Below are positions 50,111 through 63,195 of a stretch of DNA of 64,000 bases, piece after piece; within the stretch, counting starts at the first letter, position 1; every line of letters starts with the position of its first letter. The notes under the pieces were generated by a model. The model was not told the DNA's origin. It made no database searches and saw only the letters and a list, made by a program, of their open reading frames with translations. This stretch comes from Podarcis bocagei. Its lineage: Eukaryota. The position numbers and the translations under genes were made by a program. The stretch is taken from the NCBI GenBank assembly GCA_964188305.1, contig OZ076886.1. One strand, 5' to 3'.

Positions 50111-50597
50111 CAGTGTTTCCCAACCACTGTTCCGTGGCACACTAGTGTGCCGCGAGATGTTGCCTGGTGTGCCGCGAGATGTTGCCTGGAGGGAGGCGGG
50201 CGAGTCGGGCGGCGAGAGGTGGGGCGGCGGCGGCGAGGAGAGGCCGCCCAGCGCGGGGCTCTTGCCGTCTGCCTGCCTGGCTGCCTGCGAGCTCGGCGGG
50301 CAGCGCCTCCGTCCGCAGCGCCCGCCTCGCGGCTCTCATTCCCTGCCCCTGCCAAAGCTCACCCAGCCAAGCCGCGCTCTCCTTCCTGCCTCGCTTTGCT
50401 GCCTCCTCCCCCCCCCACCCCCAAAGCTTGGAGGTTCCCCGGCAAGGGGGAGGGGAAAAAATTGAAACTTACACTTTCGTGCGTCCCTCCCGGCGTGACG
50501 CTGCACGCTGACGTCACGGGGCTGTAATGGTGGTGTGCCTCGAGATTTTTTTCATCAAACAAGTGTGCCTTTGCCCAAAAAAGGTTGGGAAACACTG
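50111..50597. mobile_element. hAT (Charlie-like) non-autonomous element with CpG-rich cargo
   Basis: TIRs cagtgtttcccaacc/ggttgggaaacactg; perfect TSD gaatagat (50103-50110, 50598-50605). Confidence 0.93.
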
Positions 50598-53063
50598 GAA
50601 TAGATCATGAGGCGCGTGTACTTGCTGGGGAAGGGACTCTGGGCCACTCTTCAAATCCCCTTTTATGTTTTGTTTTGTTTTTCTCCAGAATGGGGGCATT
50701 GTGGGGCTGTTTCTTATCTCTTTCCAGGGTGTCTGCCACCTGCTTCTGGAGTTGGAGGCACTCTGTTGTGATAGCAAGTCGACTCCTCAGTGAAATATGC
50801 ATAGTGCATAACTGGGGATGGGCCAATCCATCCATTTTGGTTTCACTTTCTTATTCTCACAATCTTAGTTTAGTTCTCTGTACTTCCAAAGCAGTGTTGC
50901 TGTTGTTTTTAAAACTCTCATGAAAATCCATTGGCGTTTTATTGTTTAAATCTTAGTTCTCAGTTAGTTCATAAGTTTATTGTTGTAGCCTAAGACCATG
51001 ACAAACTCGTAGCAATACTGTTAATAAAATAATACATTTTGGGGTGAATTTATTCTAATATACATATTTTTGTACACACTTTTGCCTAATATACACATTT
51101 TCCCAATGTTTTGTATTATAATTATGTTGCTTTCACTAATATATGCATTTTAATACACACTTCACCCAAGTACATGATTTCTTGTGTACATTACTTGGCT
51201 GGAGAAGTGCACTGCAAACTCAGAGAAATGTGAATTTCGAAGGGTTGCTGCATTTTGGTTCATGTATTGCTTTGGAAAGTTGATTTAGGTAGTTTTACCT
51301 TCAAATGTGAATTAAATTGAATCCCACTCACCCCCATTCCTACATACAGCTGCCATTAACACCACTGGAAAATGCACAGGCTCAGATCGAGAGACATCTT
51401 GTGCATACAGAAGGATCTTCTCCTTGTGAAATTTCCCTATCCCGTTCCAACCATTCGTGCCCTATAAGGAGTGGCTTTTCAAGGTGCAAAAGTCTGTAAT
51501 GAGGGAGGAGCCAGGAAAGCCCTGTTGCAAGCACAGAGTTTTGCTCATCTGCCTATGGATCCATCCCATGGATTTGGGAGAATAGGAATATGTATGTTGG
51601 ATTAGTGTTGCTTCAGAAACACTAGGATTGACAGCTTGCTTCTCTTAAAGTCTTACTCAAGTTCATGAATTTTCAGCTTGAATTTTATTTTTCAATAACT
51701 TTCCTGCATGCTTTAAGAAAGCTTCAGGTCCCCCACCTGCTGTTCATCCTTTTAACAAGCCTTCAGGTAGTGCTGTTTCATTACAAAATGACTTGGGACA
51801 CATCACAGCATGCCTTGTGTTAGAAATTGTAACCTTAGCTGTCAGTGAAAAGTGTGATGTAACAAACTTTTTTTTCTTTGAAAAATGTCGAAGTAGAACT
51901 AAACCTGGCACTTCAGCGTTCTTACTGCCTCTCTCAATTACATCCAATGTGATTTCCTAATTGTTGAAGTGTCAAAGGCCACAATAGCTTAAGAAAAACA
52001 AAATGCAACCATATCAGTTCACATTATTAGTCTGCTACTAGATATAAAAATATACCGCAGTATGTGCTATTTGGCCAAGTTGCCCCTTTATAACATATAA
52101 GTGGGCAGAATCATGGCAGCATCCAAAGCCACAAGCCAGAACTCCTTACACTGCAGCATTTCCTGAGAGTCCCCCCAATGCTTTGTCTTCCCCAACTTTA
52201 CCAGAATGGAACATGCCATTGGGGAAATATCCTGAAAAGTGCAAAAAAATATGGTCTCAGTGTTTAGACACACATATCTGCCCACCACCTCAGGCATGTA
52301 GCCCAATACTGCTTCAGGTATTATACCACTAAGTCTGGAAAAGAAGTTGTTGTGGGAAGGTTTCTCTGGAAACACTCCCTCAATTCTGTAAGTTTGGGAA
52401 GGTAGGGCAGCTCTGGAGTAACCTGGTTAGTTGAAATATCATTTTTTATTTAATGGCTCTCCAATGGAAATATGGGTCTGATACGAGATGAAAGCAGTCA
52501 CAGACTTCAGAAATCAGATTCCAGCTGCATCCTTATTTTCAGATTCTGCTCCACCATTAAAAGTGTATCCAGGAAATACTTTGACTTTTGTGCAATCAAA
52601 AATCCCAATGCAAAAAGCAGATTATTCATTAAATTAATCTATACCATTTCATCACTCTCATTTACGCTGTACTTTTTATCACTCTTAGGATGCAATACTC
52701 ATTCAAAGCCACCTGTTCAAAGCCTTTAAACATTTAAAATTTCAAAGCACGTTGTCTATGCAGATTTCTCCAGTGAATGGTACCTGTACTGCAGCATATT
52801 TGGAAGGTCAAAACTCATGTTCAAAATCCTAACTAAAACTAATGTTCCATGTCCTCTAGCATAGTTTTAAGCGTTTTGCTGGTTTGCAGGATAATCTTTC
52901 CTTCCTACGGGAGGGAGGGACTTTATTCATACAACATGGCAAGGGGAAACAGCATATGTCTGAAAGGATATTATGATCAAATGTGGAATGCCAAATTGCT
53001 GCTAGAACTGGAAATAAAAATCCAGCTTTTGAATATTAATTGGGTACGTTAATACCCTACGGG

Positions 53064-53203
53064 ATAGAATCATAGAATTGTAGGTCTGGAAAGGACCACA
53101 AGGGTCATGTAGTCCAAACCCCTGCAATGTAGGAATCTTTTGTCCAATGTGGGGCTTGAATCCACAACCCTGAGATTAAAAGTTTCATGCTCTACTGACT
53201 GAG
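53064..53203 (-). mobile_element. tRNA-headed SINE with CR1-type tail
   Basis: Minus strand ctcagtcagtagagcatgaaacttttaatctcagggttgtggattcaagcccc...ctacaattctatgattctat. Confidence 0.7.
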
Positions 53204-53421
53204 GATTTTCATTTCATTTCACTTCTCTTTTAACTTGTATACCACCTTTCAATATTACTATACATAAGGCAGTTTACAAAGAACACCTTACAATAATCTG
53301 ATCCAATACATAAAGTCATAATAAAACCTAACTTTAAAATGGAACTTGTATCAAATAAACTAATATTCAATAATCTGTTAGAATAGTACACAATAAAATT
53401 AACTCAGAACATCAGCAAATA

Positions 53422-53663
53422 CAGTGGTACCTCAGGTTAAGTACTTAATTCGTTCTGGAGGTCCGTACTTAACCTGAAACTGTTCTTAACCTGAAGCACC
53501 ACTTTAGCTAATGAGGCCTCCTGCTGCCGCCATGCCACCGGAGCACGATTTCTGTTCTTACCCTGAAGCAAAGTTCTTAACCTGAAGCACTATTTCTGGG
53601 TTAGCGGAGTCTGTAACCTGAAGCGTATGTAACCTGAAGTGTATGTAACCTGAGGTACCACTG
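53422..53663. mobile_element. Tc1/mariner-type MITE (cagtggtacctc family)
   Basis: TIRs and TA TSD. Confidence 0.9.
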
Positions 53664-53883
53664 TAATAATTAAACAGAAATTCACACTTAGCCATTACAA
53701 TATATAATTACTAAACTATGATAAATAAAAATAACTGAAAGTCACAATTTATAAAATATCACAATACATACAAAACTATGTAAGAGGATCAAATTGAAAA
53801 ACAAACACACAACTCACAAAATGATTATTTAAATCCCAGAACTCCTCTTCTCCCTTCTCAGCTGCTTCTGCTGTTCTTAAATT

Positions 53884-54012
53884 CAGCGCTACTTTTCTAG
53901 AAAAAGAGGGCTTGGAATTTACCATTAACACCTCCCTTGTTTTGTTATAATGGCACCCACCTGATGGGTGCTGGAACTGAGTTGCGGTGAGTTCCCGCTG
54001 AAAAAAGCCCTG
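53884..54012. mobile_element. Short old hAT-like MITE
   Basis: Ends cagcgctactttt/aaaaaagccctg; degenerate TSD cttaaatt/cttgaagt. Confidence 0.5.
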
Positions 54013-55524
54013 CTTGAAGTCATGGCCTGGGAGAGGCTAACTGCTCAGCTGGACTTGATTAAGAGTGGTGGAGGGGAGGCTCTTTCCCCTTCTTTGCACT
54101 GCCTAACTGGGGAAGCTGACTTCTGCTGAATTATTTTAGAGTCTTTACCCAGTTCTCCCCACATCAAATGGGTCTGTGACATCCATTGAGTAGAAAGTTA
54201 ACACTACTGATCCTCAAGAGTTGGATTACCATAGATAAATTAAGAAATCCATGATAATTTAGGTATTCTGGAAGTTCATACAGAATAACACATTTAATAA
54301 GGATAGTATGTCGAGTTTTGCAGAAACCACTCTGAAAGTTTAGGTGTTAAAGTAAAACCACAGTGCGTAGGACAGTTGTGTTCCCATTAACAGGCCCTTT
54401 TGCACAAGGTCACATTCCAAGTAGTTTGATGTAAAATTGCCTGGAGAAATTGAAAAGACTGCCTGCTGGAACTATTTGCCCTCTTCAGAGACTGCCTGGC
54501 TCAATCTGCTGAGAAGAAAATCATTTTGGAGTCTGTGCAACTAATTCTTCATGACTCAGGGAGCGAGCACCTAATTTGTGCAGGAAGCAAGCTAGATTAT
54601 TGGATGCAGCAAGACCCAGCCACCCTGACCATTTGGAATGTATTTACTTCACATCTATTCTTTCAGCTGCTGCTTCCCCAGTATTACTCATTATCCACAC
54701 TGCAAATCACTGGTGTTCAAATACAAATATATAAGATTCAAAAACCATGATTGTTTTGTTTATGATCCAAATTTTATACGTTGTTGTTATCATACTAACA
54801 GGGCAATTCTCTATATGTCTTCTCAGAAATAAGCACTGTTTTCAAGTGTAAGCACCAGCAACTCAGCTGTTGGGAGTTGCTGGTAAGTGTTAGGTAGCTG
54901 CTGCTGTTGCACCAGAGTCAGAAAACCAATATATTTAAGTTCTGCAGATGCACAGTGATATTTGCTGCTATCCCACACCTCCCACTTAAAAAATGGCAAA
55001 GTGGCAAGCTCTGCATGTTGACCTCTAAGAGTTCACCAGGAATGTTATATGCTACAACCAGTTGCTGTGAGAGAACTAAAGCTCCTTCAATACAATCCTT
55101 TGCATGTCTACTCAGAACTGGACTCATTTAAGTTGAGTTCCTAGGTAAGTGACTATAGGACTGCAGCCTCCTGTAGATTTGCCCTATTAAACCCAGTGTC
55201 CCTTATTTGTAATAACTTTTTTGAGAAATCCCTTGCAGGGCCGTCTTAAGCATATCCGATGCTGTGGTGCAATTGTCTCTCCGTTGTCGTCCCCCCCCCC
55301 CCCGTTTCCCAGAGTTGTCAACCTTTTTTTAAGGGGGGGACCTGCCCCCATCCCGGGAAGTCCGTGCCACAGGAGCAGTGGCGTAGCAAGGTCAGATGGT
55401 ACCCGGTGCAGAAAATTTCTTGTCGTCCTCCCCCCAAATTCTTAAAAGAAGGAGAAATAAGATACTCACAGTGAAAAGTGTTGTTTTCTGGTTTATTTAC
55501 TTAACATTGTGAGCATTAGCACTT

Positions 55525-55640
55525 AAAACCCTTTTCCCCCTAACTTTGTTCTCTGCAAATTTTGAAATCACATCATCAAAATCAATTCCTTTCACTACTT
55601 TGTTTTCAGTTGACAAGATGACTAAATCAGAGAGCTTTGC
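55525..55640 (-). pseudogene. hAT transposase C-terminal (dimerisation-domain end) fragment
   Basis: LSDLVILSTENKVVKGIDFDDVISKFAENKVR resembles the RLxxLAILSIE...IDFDDVIxxFAxxKxR C-terminus of Tip100/ZMYM1-like transposases. Confidence 0.75.
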
Positions 55641-55724
55641 CAATCCCAACCTGGAGGAGCTAGGCTGCCCCAGAAGTCCTGCCATGCTATGTGTTCCATC
55701 AGCAGAAAACATTAGTTGAGGTTA

Positions 55725-55939
55725 CAGTGGTACCTGGGGTTAAGAACTTAATTCATTCCGGAGGTCCGTTCTTAACCTGAAACTGTTCTTAACCTGAGGT
55801 ACCACTTTAATTAATGGGGCCTCCCACTGCCGCTACACAATTTCTGTTCTCATCCTGAAACAAAGTTCTTAACCCGAGGTACTGTTTCTGGGTTAGCAGA
55901 GTCTGTAACCTGAAGCATCTGTAACCTGAGGTACCACTG
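55725..55939. mobile_element. Tc1/mariner-type MITE nested in the composite hAT
   Basis: cagtggtacct/aggtaccactg TIRs, TA TSD. Confidence 0.9.
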
Positions 55940-56888
55940 TACTGCCTTGCATAAAGTTTATTTTATCCACGCGGCAGCCTTTGTTCAACCTTAACAAAGG
56001 TCCTTTCCACATCAAGCCTACATCCAGCGCCAGAAACACCCAGCATCTTGGGTCAGCTGCTGGAGCTCCCCCATTGTTTCTTTACCATTAATTTCCACAA
56101 TTAACCACAAATAAAAAAGAATAAAAATAGAAGATCCATACAGCAATAACACTTCAAAATCTTATCTTTGAGATTCTTTATTTTTTAAATGTGTGTCTTT
56201 TTTTTAAAAGGTGCGGAGGGTGACAGTGGACTACAACAGCCCTGCCATGTAGTCTGCTCTCTATACTGCACGGTGGGCAGCCCGAGGGAGTAACATAGAC
56301 AACCCTGTTGTGTAGACCACTTGTATTATTATGCTCTATTGTGGTTTGGAGGAAGACCATGGCTGAGAAGAGTTTACAACAGCCATATGGTGTAGTCCAC
56401 TCTCATTTTGCCCCTAAGGCAGCTTGGTGCTTGGTGCATGTGGCTAAGAGGTGGGGTGGTGATAGGGGGTTCACAGCAGCCCTGCAGTGCAGGCCACACT
56501 TTCTCTCCACATGCAGCTCCCTTTTCTCTTTTCATAGCTCTGTAACAGGAATTGCATGCAGGGAAAGCATGCCTCTGAGCATATACAGACCACCACCCCA
56601 GGCCCCAACACCCCATAGGGGGTTTTTTGGGGGGGTGAAGAGAGTGGGTGAAAAAGTTGCCTCTGCTGCCTTCTGTTCACCCGTCTTTTCTGCCTCGCTG
56701 GTACGCCTCCCCCCTCCCCCCCCAAAGCCAAACTTCAAAGGCCCTAAGGAGGCCTACCCTGTAGCGCTGCTTGGAGTAATCTTCGGTCTCTCAAAGGGTG
56801 ATGGGGGCTCCTCCCACCGTGAAGTCCCAGGAAAAAGGATGGAGAGCCTTCTTTGATGCTTGCAAGGCATGTGACTTCTTTTTAAAAG

Positions 56889-57851
56889 CAGTGGCATAGC
56901 GTGGGGGGTGCCAAGGGTGCCGGCCGCACCGGGCGCAACATCTGGGGGGGGCGAGTCCAGAGGGAAGGGACAAGTTCCTTCCTCCGCCGGGCTCCCCGCA
57001 GCCACCGCCAGCCTTGCGCCGTAGCGCGCGCGCGCCCCCCGCCACCGCTGCGGCTGCGCTCCACTCACTGCTTGCAGGAGGAGCAGCCGCTGCAGCAGCG
57101 CCGACACCGCCACCGACGCCTGGCCGGCACGGGCAGCCTCCGCACCCCGACGCGCCGCCGGGCCTCGCCGCGCCCTACGCTCCCCCAAAACCTCCGAGAG
57201 GAAGCCGGTGGGCGGGCGAGGCCCGGCTAAGCCTCTCGCCAGCGGGTTAAGGGGCTTTCGGTTTTAAAAGGATTAGCTTGGGAAGGGGGGGGATGCTCGC
57301 CGGCAAGCGCCTGCTCCGCGTTTCCAAAGGCGCTCGCCATCCGAGGGACACGGAGCGCTTGCAAGGAACGGGCTCCGTGGAGCAGGTTAGGAAGAGATCC
57401 CTTCCCTGGCAGGCCGCCGGCTTCGCCAGCTGTTTCCCATTCACGATCAGGAGGAACTTCAGGCTGCTTTCAGCTTTGGTAGAGGGAATCTAAGCAAGGG
57501 GATGGAGCCGGTGCCCTGAGGAAAGGCGGCAGCATTGGGTTTGTTTTTAGTTTAGAGAAAAGGCAAGCAAGAGGCGACAGGAGAGAAGCCTGCAAAACTA
57601 AGGCATGGCAAGGAGAGAGTGGACAGAGAGGAAAGTTTTTATCCCTCTCTCTGTACAATATAACTCGTGGGCATCCAGTGAAGCTGAACGTTGGAACAGT
57701 GGCGTAGTGTGGGGGGTGCCAAGGGTGCCGGCTGCACCGGGTGCAACATGGGGGGGGGCGCTCGCTCGCACTCGGGTGCTAAAATCCACGGGTTAGGGGG
57801 CGCAAATTACTTGCCTTGCCCCGGGTGCTGACAACCCACGCTACGCCACTG
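56889..57851. mobile_element. Nested hAT element with duplicated left end and CpG-island-like cargo
   Basis: TIRs cagtggcatagcgtggg/cccacgctacgccactg; perfect TSD tttaaaag (56881-56888, 57852-57859); second left end at 57697. Confidence 0.9.
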
Positions 57852-59334
57852 TTTAAAAGCCCCTTTTCACACTACACCGTGCCAGGATTGGGGCCTCTCG
57901 CCCCCCCTTCTCTCTTTTCTGGGAGCGGGGCTCCTTGCTGCCAGGCAGGCGAAAGGGGAGAGTTGCAAAGAAACTGAGACAAATGCCTAGAGAGGCTTGT
58001 GCTGGAAGAAAATGAGTGAGAAAGACGTGGGGGGGGGGAGTGGCATGAGAGAGAGAAGCTTCTTTTTGAAATGCACCAACTGTTTAATTAAGGGGCATTT
58101 TTAAAAAGAAAGAAAGTTGTTTAAACACTAAGAAATGAGATGATAAGCTCTGGGGTTTGCACCTCTATTTGGATTCAGTCGTGGAGGGGGCACCGAATGT
58201 CACTCTCAGGGCGCCCCCCCACTCCCAAGCCTACCGCGAGCAGGGGGGGGGAGCCGCTTTGCCGTGGCTTGTCTGAGACTCAGCCAGAGAGGGGAGGGGG
58301 AGTGGGCTGCCAATTTGTGCAGCCGCACCATCCGCCCACCCACCGGGGGTGCCGATTGGCGTGGCCAGCCACTCATCGGGGGTGCCGATTGCAGGGGGAC
58401 GGGGGGGTGGTGCTTGCCAATGCTTTGCCACTCAGCTTTGCCACTCAGCTTGTGGGAGTCACGGGGGGGGGGGCTGAGAGGAGAGGAGCGGGCTGCCCCA
58501 GAGTGGGGAAGTGAGCGCACCCTGACTCTCCTTTCTGGACACTCAGCCTGTGGCGCCCTCCAAAATCTGATGCCTTGGCGCCCCGTGCCACTAATATCTA
58601 TGGGTAAGATGCCCCTGATCCCTTGATCTGTATGAGTGGAAATCATAAAGTTTGGATGTTTTTAAGCACTGGAAATCAGGGCCTGGAACTATAAAGTAGA
58701 GTTAAAAACAGCCAAAAATTGAGGAGAAAATCAGGTGAAGCGGACGCCAATTACCAATTCACCTCAGGCCTTGAAATGACAGTCTATGTTTATTACCTAG
58801 GATCCACAGGAAGCCACCTTGGACAATTGGTCCATGTAGCTCAGTATGTCTGCATTAATGGCAGTGGCTTTGCAAGACTTCTGACAGGAGTCTTTCTCCA
58901 GCCTCCCTCGAGATGTCAAGGGATTGAATCTGGGACTCTGCATGCTAAGCATGGGCTCTACAGCTAAGCTACATTCCCTTGCAATGCACACACTGTGTAT
59001 ACAGTCTGAGCAGCAGGTGGGGGTTCAGTTGGCTGGTATTCATCCAGTCCATTAGTCTGTGAACCACAACAAATACTAAAAGCATCACTTTCCAGGAAAG
59101 CAATCGTGGCTCCTTCTGTAATGCAGCTTTTCAAGCTCACTTCAACTATATCCCTGATCCTTGCCGTTTCCCATAAGGATGGCTGTCACCATCTCCACAG
59201 GTCAGAAGCCATGAAAAAAGAAAACAGAAGCACTTTGCTGTGAGTACGTGCCTCACATGTCTCTGGACTTGCATTCAGTTTTTTTAGACCAAGCTACCAT
59301 AATGTTTAGTAGATGTCTGAATTTTGAATTCATG

Positions 59335-59739
59335 TGTGTGCGTCCTATGGGGCGAATGCAGGCTTTTGCTGAAGCCTGGAGAGCGAGACGGGTCGGTGCG
59401 CAACCTCGCCATCGCTCTCCCACCCGTTCTGGGGACTGGGGTCAGGGGAAGCTCAGGCTTCACCATTGCTCTCTGACATGTTCTGGGGGCTGGGGTCGGG
59501 GGAAGCTTGGGCTTCCCCCGCCCCCTGCCCCGCAAGCTCCAAGAGCGATGGCGAGGTTGTGCAACCTCGCCTTCGCTCCCGGACCCCCAGCCCCAAGGCT
59601 AAAAACGAAGCCAGGAAAGCGAGCGGGATCCATCCCGCTCACTGCCATGGCTTCTTTGCTCTTTGGGGCCGGGGGGGATATTTCCCCCCCCCTGTATCCC
59701 CCCCCCCAAAAAAGTGCGTCCTATAGGGCGAAAAATACG
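59335..59739. mobile_element. One-ended pogo/Tigger-like element with GC-rich interior
   Basis: Right end gtgcgtcctatagggcgaaaaatacgg|ta; internal gtgcgtcctatggggcgaat; left TIR not found. Confidence 0.6.
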
Positions 59740-61565
59740 GTAATAGTATTATACACCTTTGGCTTAAGAGGTGAGTCAAAGCAGTTTGCAGACAACAGGA
59801 GGGTTTCTCCTTCCATGCCACAGCACGAGAATGCTCCTTGCTTTACCTTAAGCTGTTTGGTAAAGCAGGGGTAAAAGAAAAGGAAAGTAAAGTGGGGGAT
59901 AGACTTGTTAGCTGTTCTTTTTTGTGGGAGGGAGGCTATCCTCATTTGAATAAGTTTTCTGGTATGAATTATCTGCCAAATACATCTAAATGCCTGAGAT
60001 AGGGGTAGAAGACTGGTGTTAAGAAGGCAGAGTTTTGTTGTGTTTGTGGGTAAGGATAGGCAGATTTGTCATTTTCAGTTTTTCATTCCCCCCCCCCCCC
60101 GGAAGAGGAGAGCCTCTGAAATGTCCAGGTCAAACCTTCAAATCCATCTGTGAGACTTGGCAGTCACCAGTTGCCTTGCAGCAGAGCACTTATTCCACTG
60201 CTTTGGAACCTAAAGCTAAACTTCCAAGGATCCCTCCAGATGGTGCAGGGACACCAGTTGTTACAAAGGACATAGAAAAAACAGCTTTTGGCAGCAGAAT
60301 GAAAATCTTGCCCAAAGAAAGAATTAAGAGAAGGCAGGCAGCATCCAGACTAGCAATTCCACACAGCAAGGAGCTGTTTTAAGAAGCAGTTTTAAAGAAC
60401 TTAACTCAGCAGGCAACAGGATGTGTTAGGCACAGATATCTTTTACAAAGCATGCATTAGTGTTTGAGAAGCTGTACTACAGGAGGTTCCCAAAAAGAAT
60501 TCTGGTAAGTCTCCACAGTCACCTGTTTGGCTCAACTTTCAAGGAAGGTCACAGGAGGGTTATTGTATCTACTGTTTAGACATAAAGTATCAGAACTCCA
60601 TAATATCTGCTCACCTTCTCCCTTGGGTGGGCGGGGTTTGCGACTCCGCGCGGGCTCCTAGGACAGGTGAGCCACCCACCTTTGTTCCAGGGAAGCCATT
60701 GCCCTGCCCCCATCTCAGCAGGCCTAATGGGAAGCTGGCTGGGGTGGAGCGAGGATCAGCATAAGGGGTTGATGCCCCTCGGCCCAGGCTCACTTGTTTC
60801 CTTTACAGGTTCCTTTCCAGGTTCCAGGACCTTTGCTGGTGAGGTAAGTGTGTCCCGTCCCCCTGACCATGTGGGTTTTGGGCTGCTGTGCTGGCTCCGC
60901 AATACTGCCCTGCTAGCATGTGTGTGTGTGTGCCTAGCAACTGTTTCCTTTTACAGAGCAGTGCGCACTGCTCAGCTGGGTTGGAACTCCCGCAACCGCA
61001 GGAAGCACTTTGTTGTTGCGTGTGTGCTGGTTTCTGTGGGGGGCAAGAGACACTGCCAGCCTATGGGTTCCTTTTCAACCCCCCTGTACTGTTCTTTGTG
61101 GCTGTTTTTTCTCTGCTACCATACCCTTTTACTGGCTAGTTTTAACCGGGTAGCTCTGGGTGTCTGATTGTGTTGCGGCAGCAATTTGCGAGGTTAGAGA
61201 GGCTGGTTTCCTCCCTCATAACCTTTTTAAAATTCTTCTATGCTGGCCGATCGTTTGCCTGATTGTGCTTGTGCACCATGTGTGGTTGGTTTTGATTGTG
61301 GGTGTGTTTGTTGTGCTGGCGCTTGTTTGTTTGTTGTTGTTGTTGTCCTGTTGCTGGGTTTGAGAGGGAATCCCTGCCTGTATCCTCCATTTGGGAAAGG
61401 AGCACTTGTTCGGTGGCGGCGTCCATCTTAAGTTTAACCACGTGGCCCCGTCGCCAGGGACATTAGCATCCGAGACAACTGCATCCTGTACTCGGCTAGG
61501 GCAGTTCCTGTTGCTGCTTTCAGTCTCAGCAGTCACTGCACACGTTGCGAGGGAATAATTTAGAG

Positions 61566-61947
61566 CAAGGGTCAGCAAACTTACCACGCCTCGGGCTGGT
61601 GTCTCCAGCACTGATCATGCGGCGGTTTGGAGGGTGGGGGAGCGCATGCCCATACACGTGCGCACATGCTATTTCCAGCACACTTCTGGGTTGGAGAAGC
61701 ACCAGAAATAACTTGTGTGGATGTGCATGGGCCTCCTCCAACCCAGATGTGCACCAGAAATAACGCTTGCGCATGCACAAATAACCCTTGTGCATGTGCA
61801 CAAGCTATTTCCGGTGCTCCTCCGACCCAGAAGTGGACAGCTGCGCAGTGCAGTGCTGGTAAGAGCGGGCAGTGGCAGCGGGGGTCACTGTGGGCCAGGT
61901 AAACGAGTCCCTCGGGCCTTATCCAGTCCTTAGTTTGGGGACCCCTG
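61566..61947. mobile_element. hAT (Charlie-like) MITE nested in the YR element
   Basis: TIRs caagggtcagcaaact/agtttggggacccctg; perfect TSD atttagag (61558-61565, 61948-61955). Confidence 0.88.
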
Positions 61948-62534
61948 ATTTAGAGCATATCGATATAACATTAATAACAGTGTTTTTATATATCCAGATA
62001 CTGAATATTACCTGTGACACTTTGAAGGTGTAGATATTATCGGTGCATTTTGTAAAAAATAAAATAAAATGCAACCCCCCACCCCTTGGTTTGCAACCCC
62101 CCACACCACTTCACGTTTGATTGCTGTTGATGGTTCCTGGTTCATTTACTGTTAATTTGCCTCCATTGTTTGTGTTATTTGTAATCATGGGCTGCCTGAA
62201 GGGCTTTCCACAGTCTGAGGTGGTTAGTCTTTTGGTTCATTGTTTAAGACCTGCAGATACTCATAAGTATTGCTGTTGGTTTAAATTAATTCATTTGCTT
62301 TAGCTTTTCATTTTGGTTTATTTCATTAAAGTTGCATCTGCAGGAATTTATTATAGAGGTACTCTTGGCAATCATTAAATGATAAACAGTGGTGGTGGCC
62401 TTGTGGATTCATTTTAATTAAGTTTATACCCCTTGTTCTTCCCTGGCTGCTTTGTGCTCTTGGGGGTTTAAGCATCTGGGTTTTTTCTTGCATTTCATTC
62501 CGTTGTTCAATTGGTTTAATTTTATACAGGACCA

Positions 62535-62675
62535 CTAGATAGCTCAGTTGGTTAGAGTTAGTGCTGATAATACCAAGTCACAGGTCCAGTTCTCACTTGG
62601 GTCAGTGGCGTGTTCCTGCATTACAGGGGGTTGGACTAGATGATGCTCAAGGTCCCTTCGAACTCCATAATTGTG
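62535..62675 (+). mobile_element. tRNA-headed SINE with CR1-type tail
   Basis: tagctcagttggttagag head; gggttggactagatgat...aggtcccttc tail. Confidence 0.7.
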
Positions 62676-63195
62676 TGTTTCAAATATGGTTGCTGTTCCT
62701 CACTTTCCAATTTAATTAAAGTTATTACCAGTAGCTTGAAAGCAGTCAATTACTAGGAGCCACCTATTTTCAGCCCTCCTCAGGGTGCGTTGTGCAGGTG
62801 CATCCTGGTTCAAGCATGATGCGCCTGGATGTAATCTAACATATTACTGTATTTAGCTTGCAAGTTTGCATTTTGGCTTTGGGGGTGCAGTTCTTGCGGC
62901 TAATGTATTGCATGGGTTGCCTCATGGTGGCTTACAGTTTTGGCTACCAGCACACGGCTTGGGTGATGCAGTTCTGATCTCAAGCATATGATTGTGGGAA
63001 TCTAACATATTATTTTGCTTGCCCTTCAGTATTGCCTTTAGCGTTGCATGTGCAGTATGGTTGCTGGTGCTATCTGTTAGACCTTAGTTTAGCAATCCAA
63101 CTGTTAGATTTCAGCTTGCTCCCACAGTGTTACATCATCAAGCAGCTGGTTATTCCTTGTTTTCACATGCTGGTTTTACCATCAGGTCTCCCGCT

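Larger units (their letters stand above)
55236..58617. mobile_element. Large composite hAT element (3.4 kb) containing nested elements
   Basis: TIRs cagggccgtctta/taagatgcccctg; perfect 8-bp TSD atcccttg (55228-55235, 58618-58625). Confidence 0.85.

Noticed and set aside
50110-57250. Host CpG-island promoters and the Arg/Ala/Pro-rich ORFs at 50.1-50.5 kb and 56.7-57.3 kb
   Set aside because: Both GC-rich patches lie inside TIR- and TSD-bounded transposons, and the ORFs are open in several frames because of GC content
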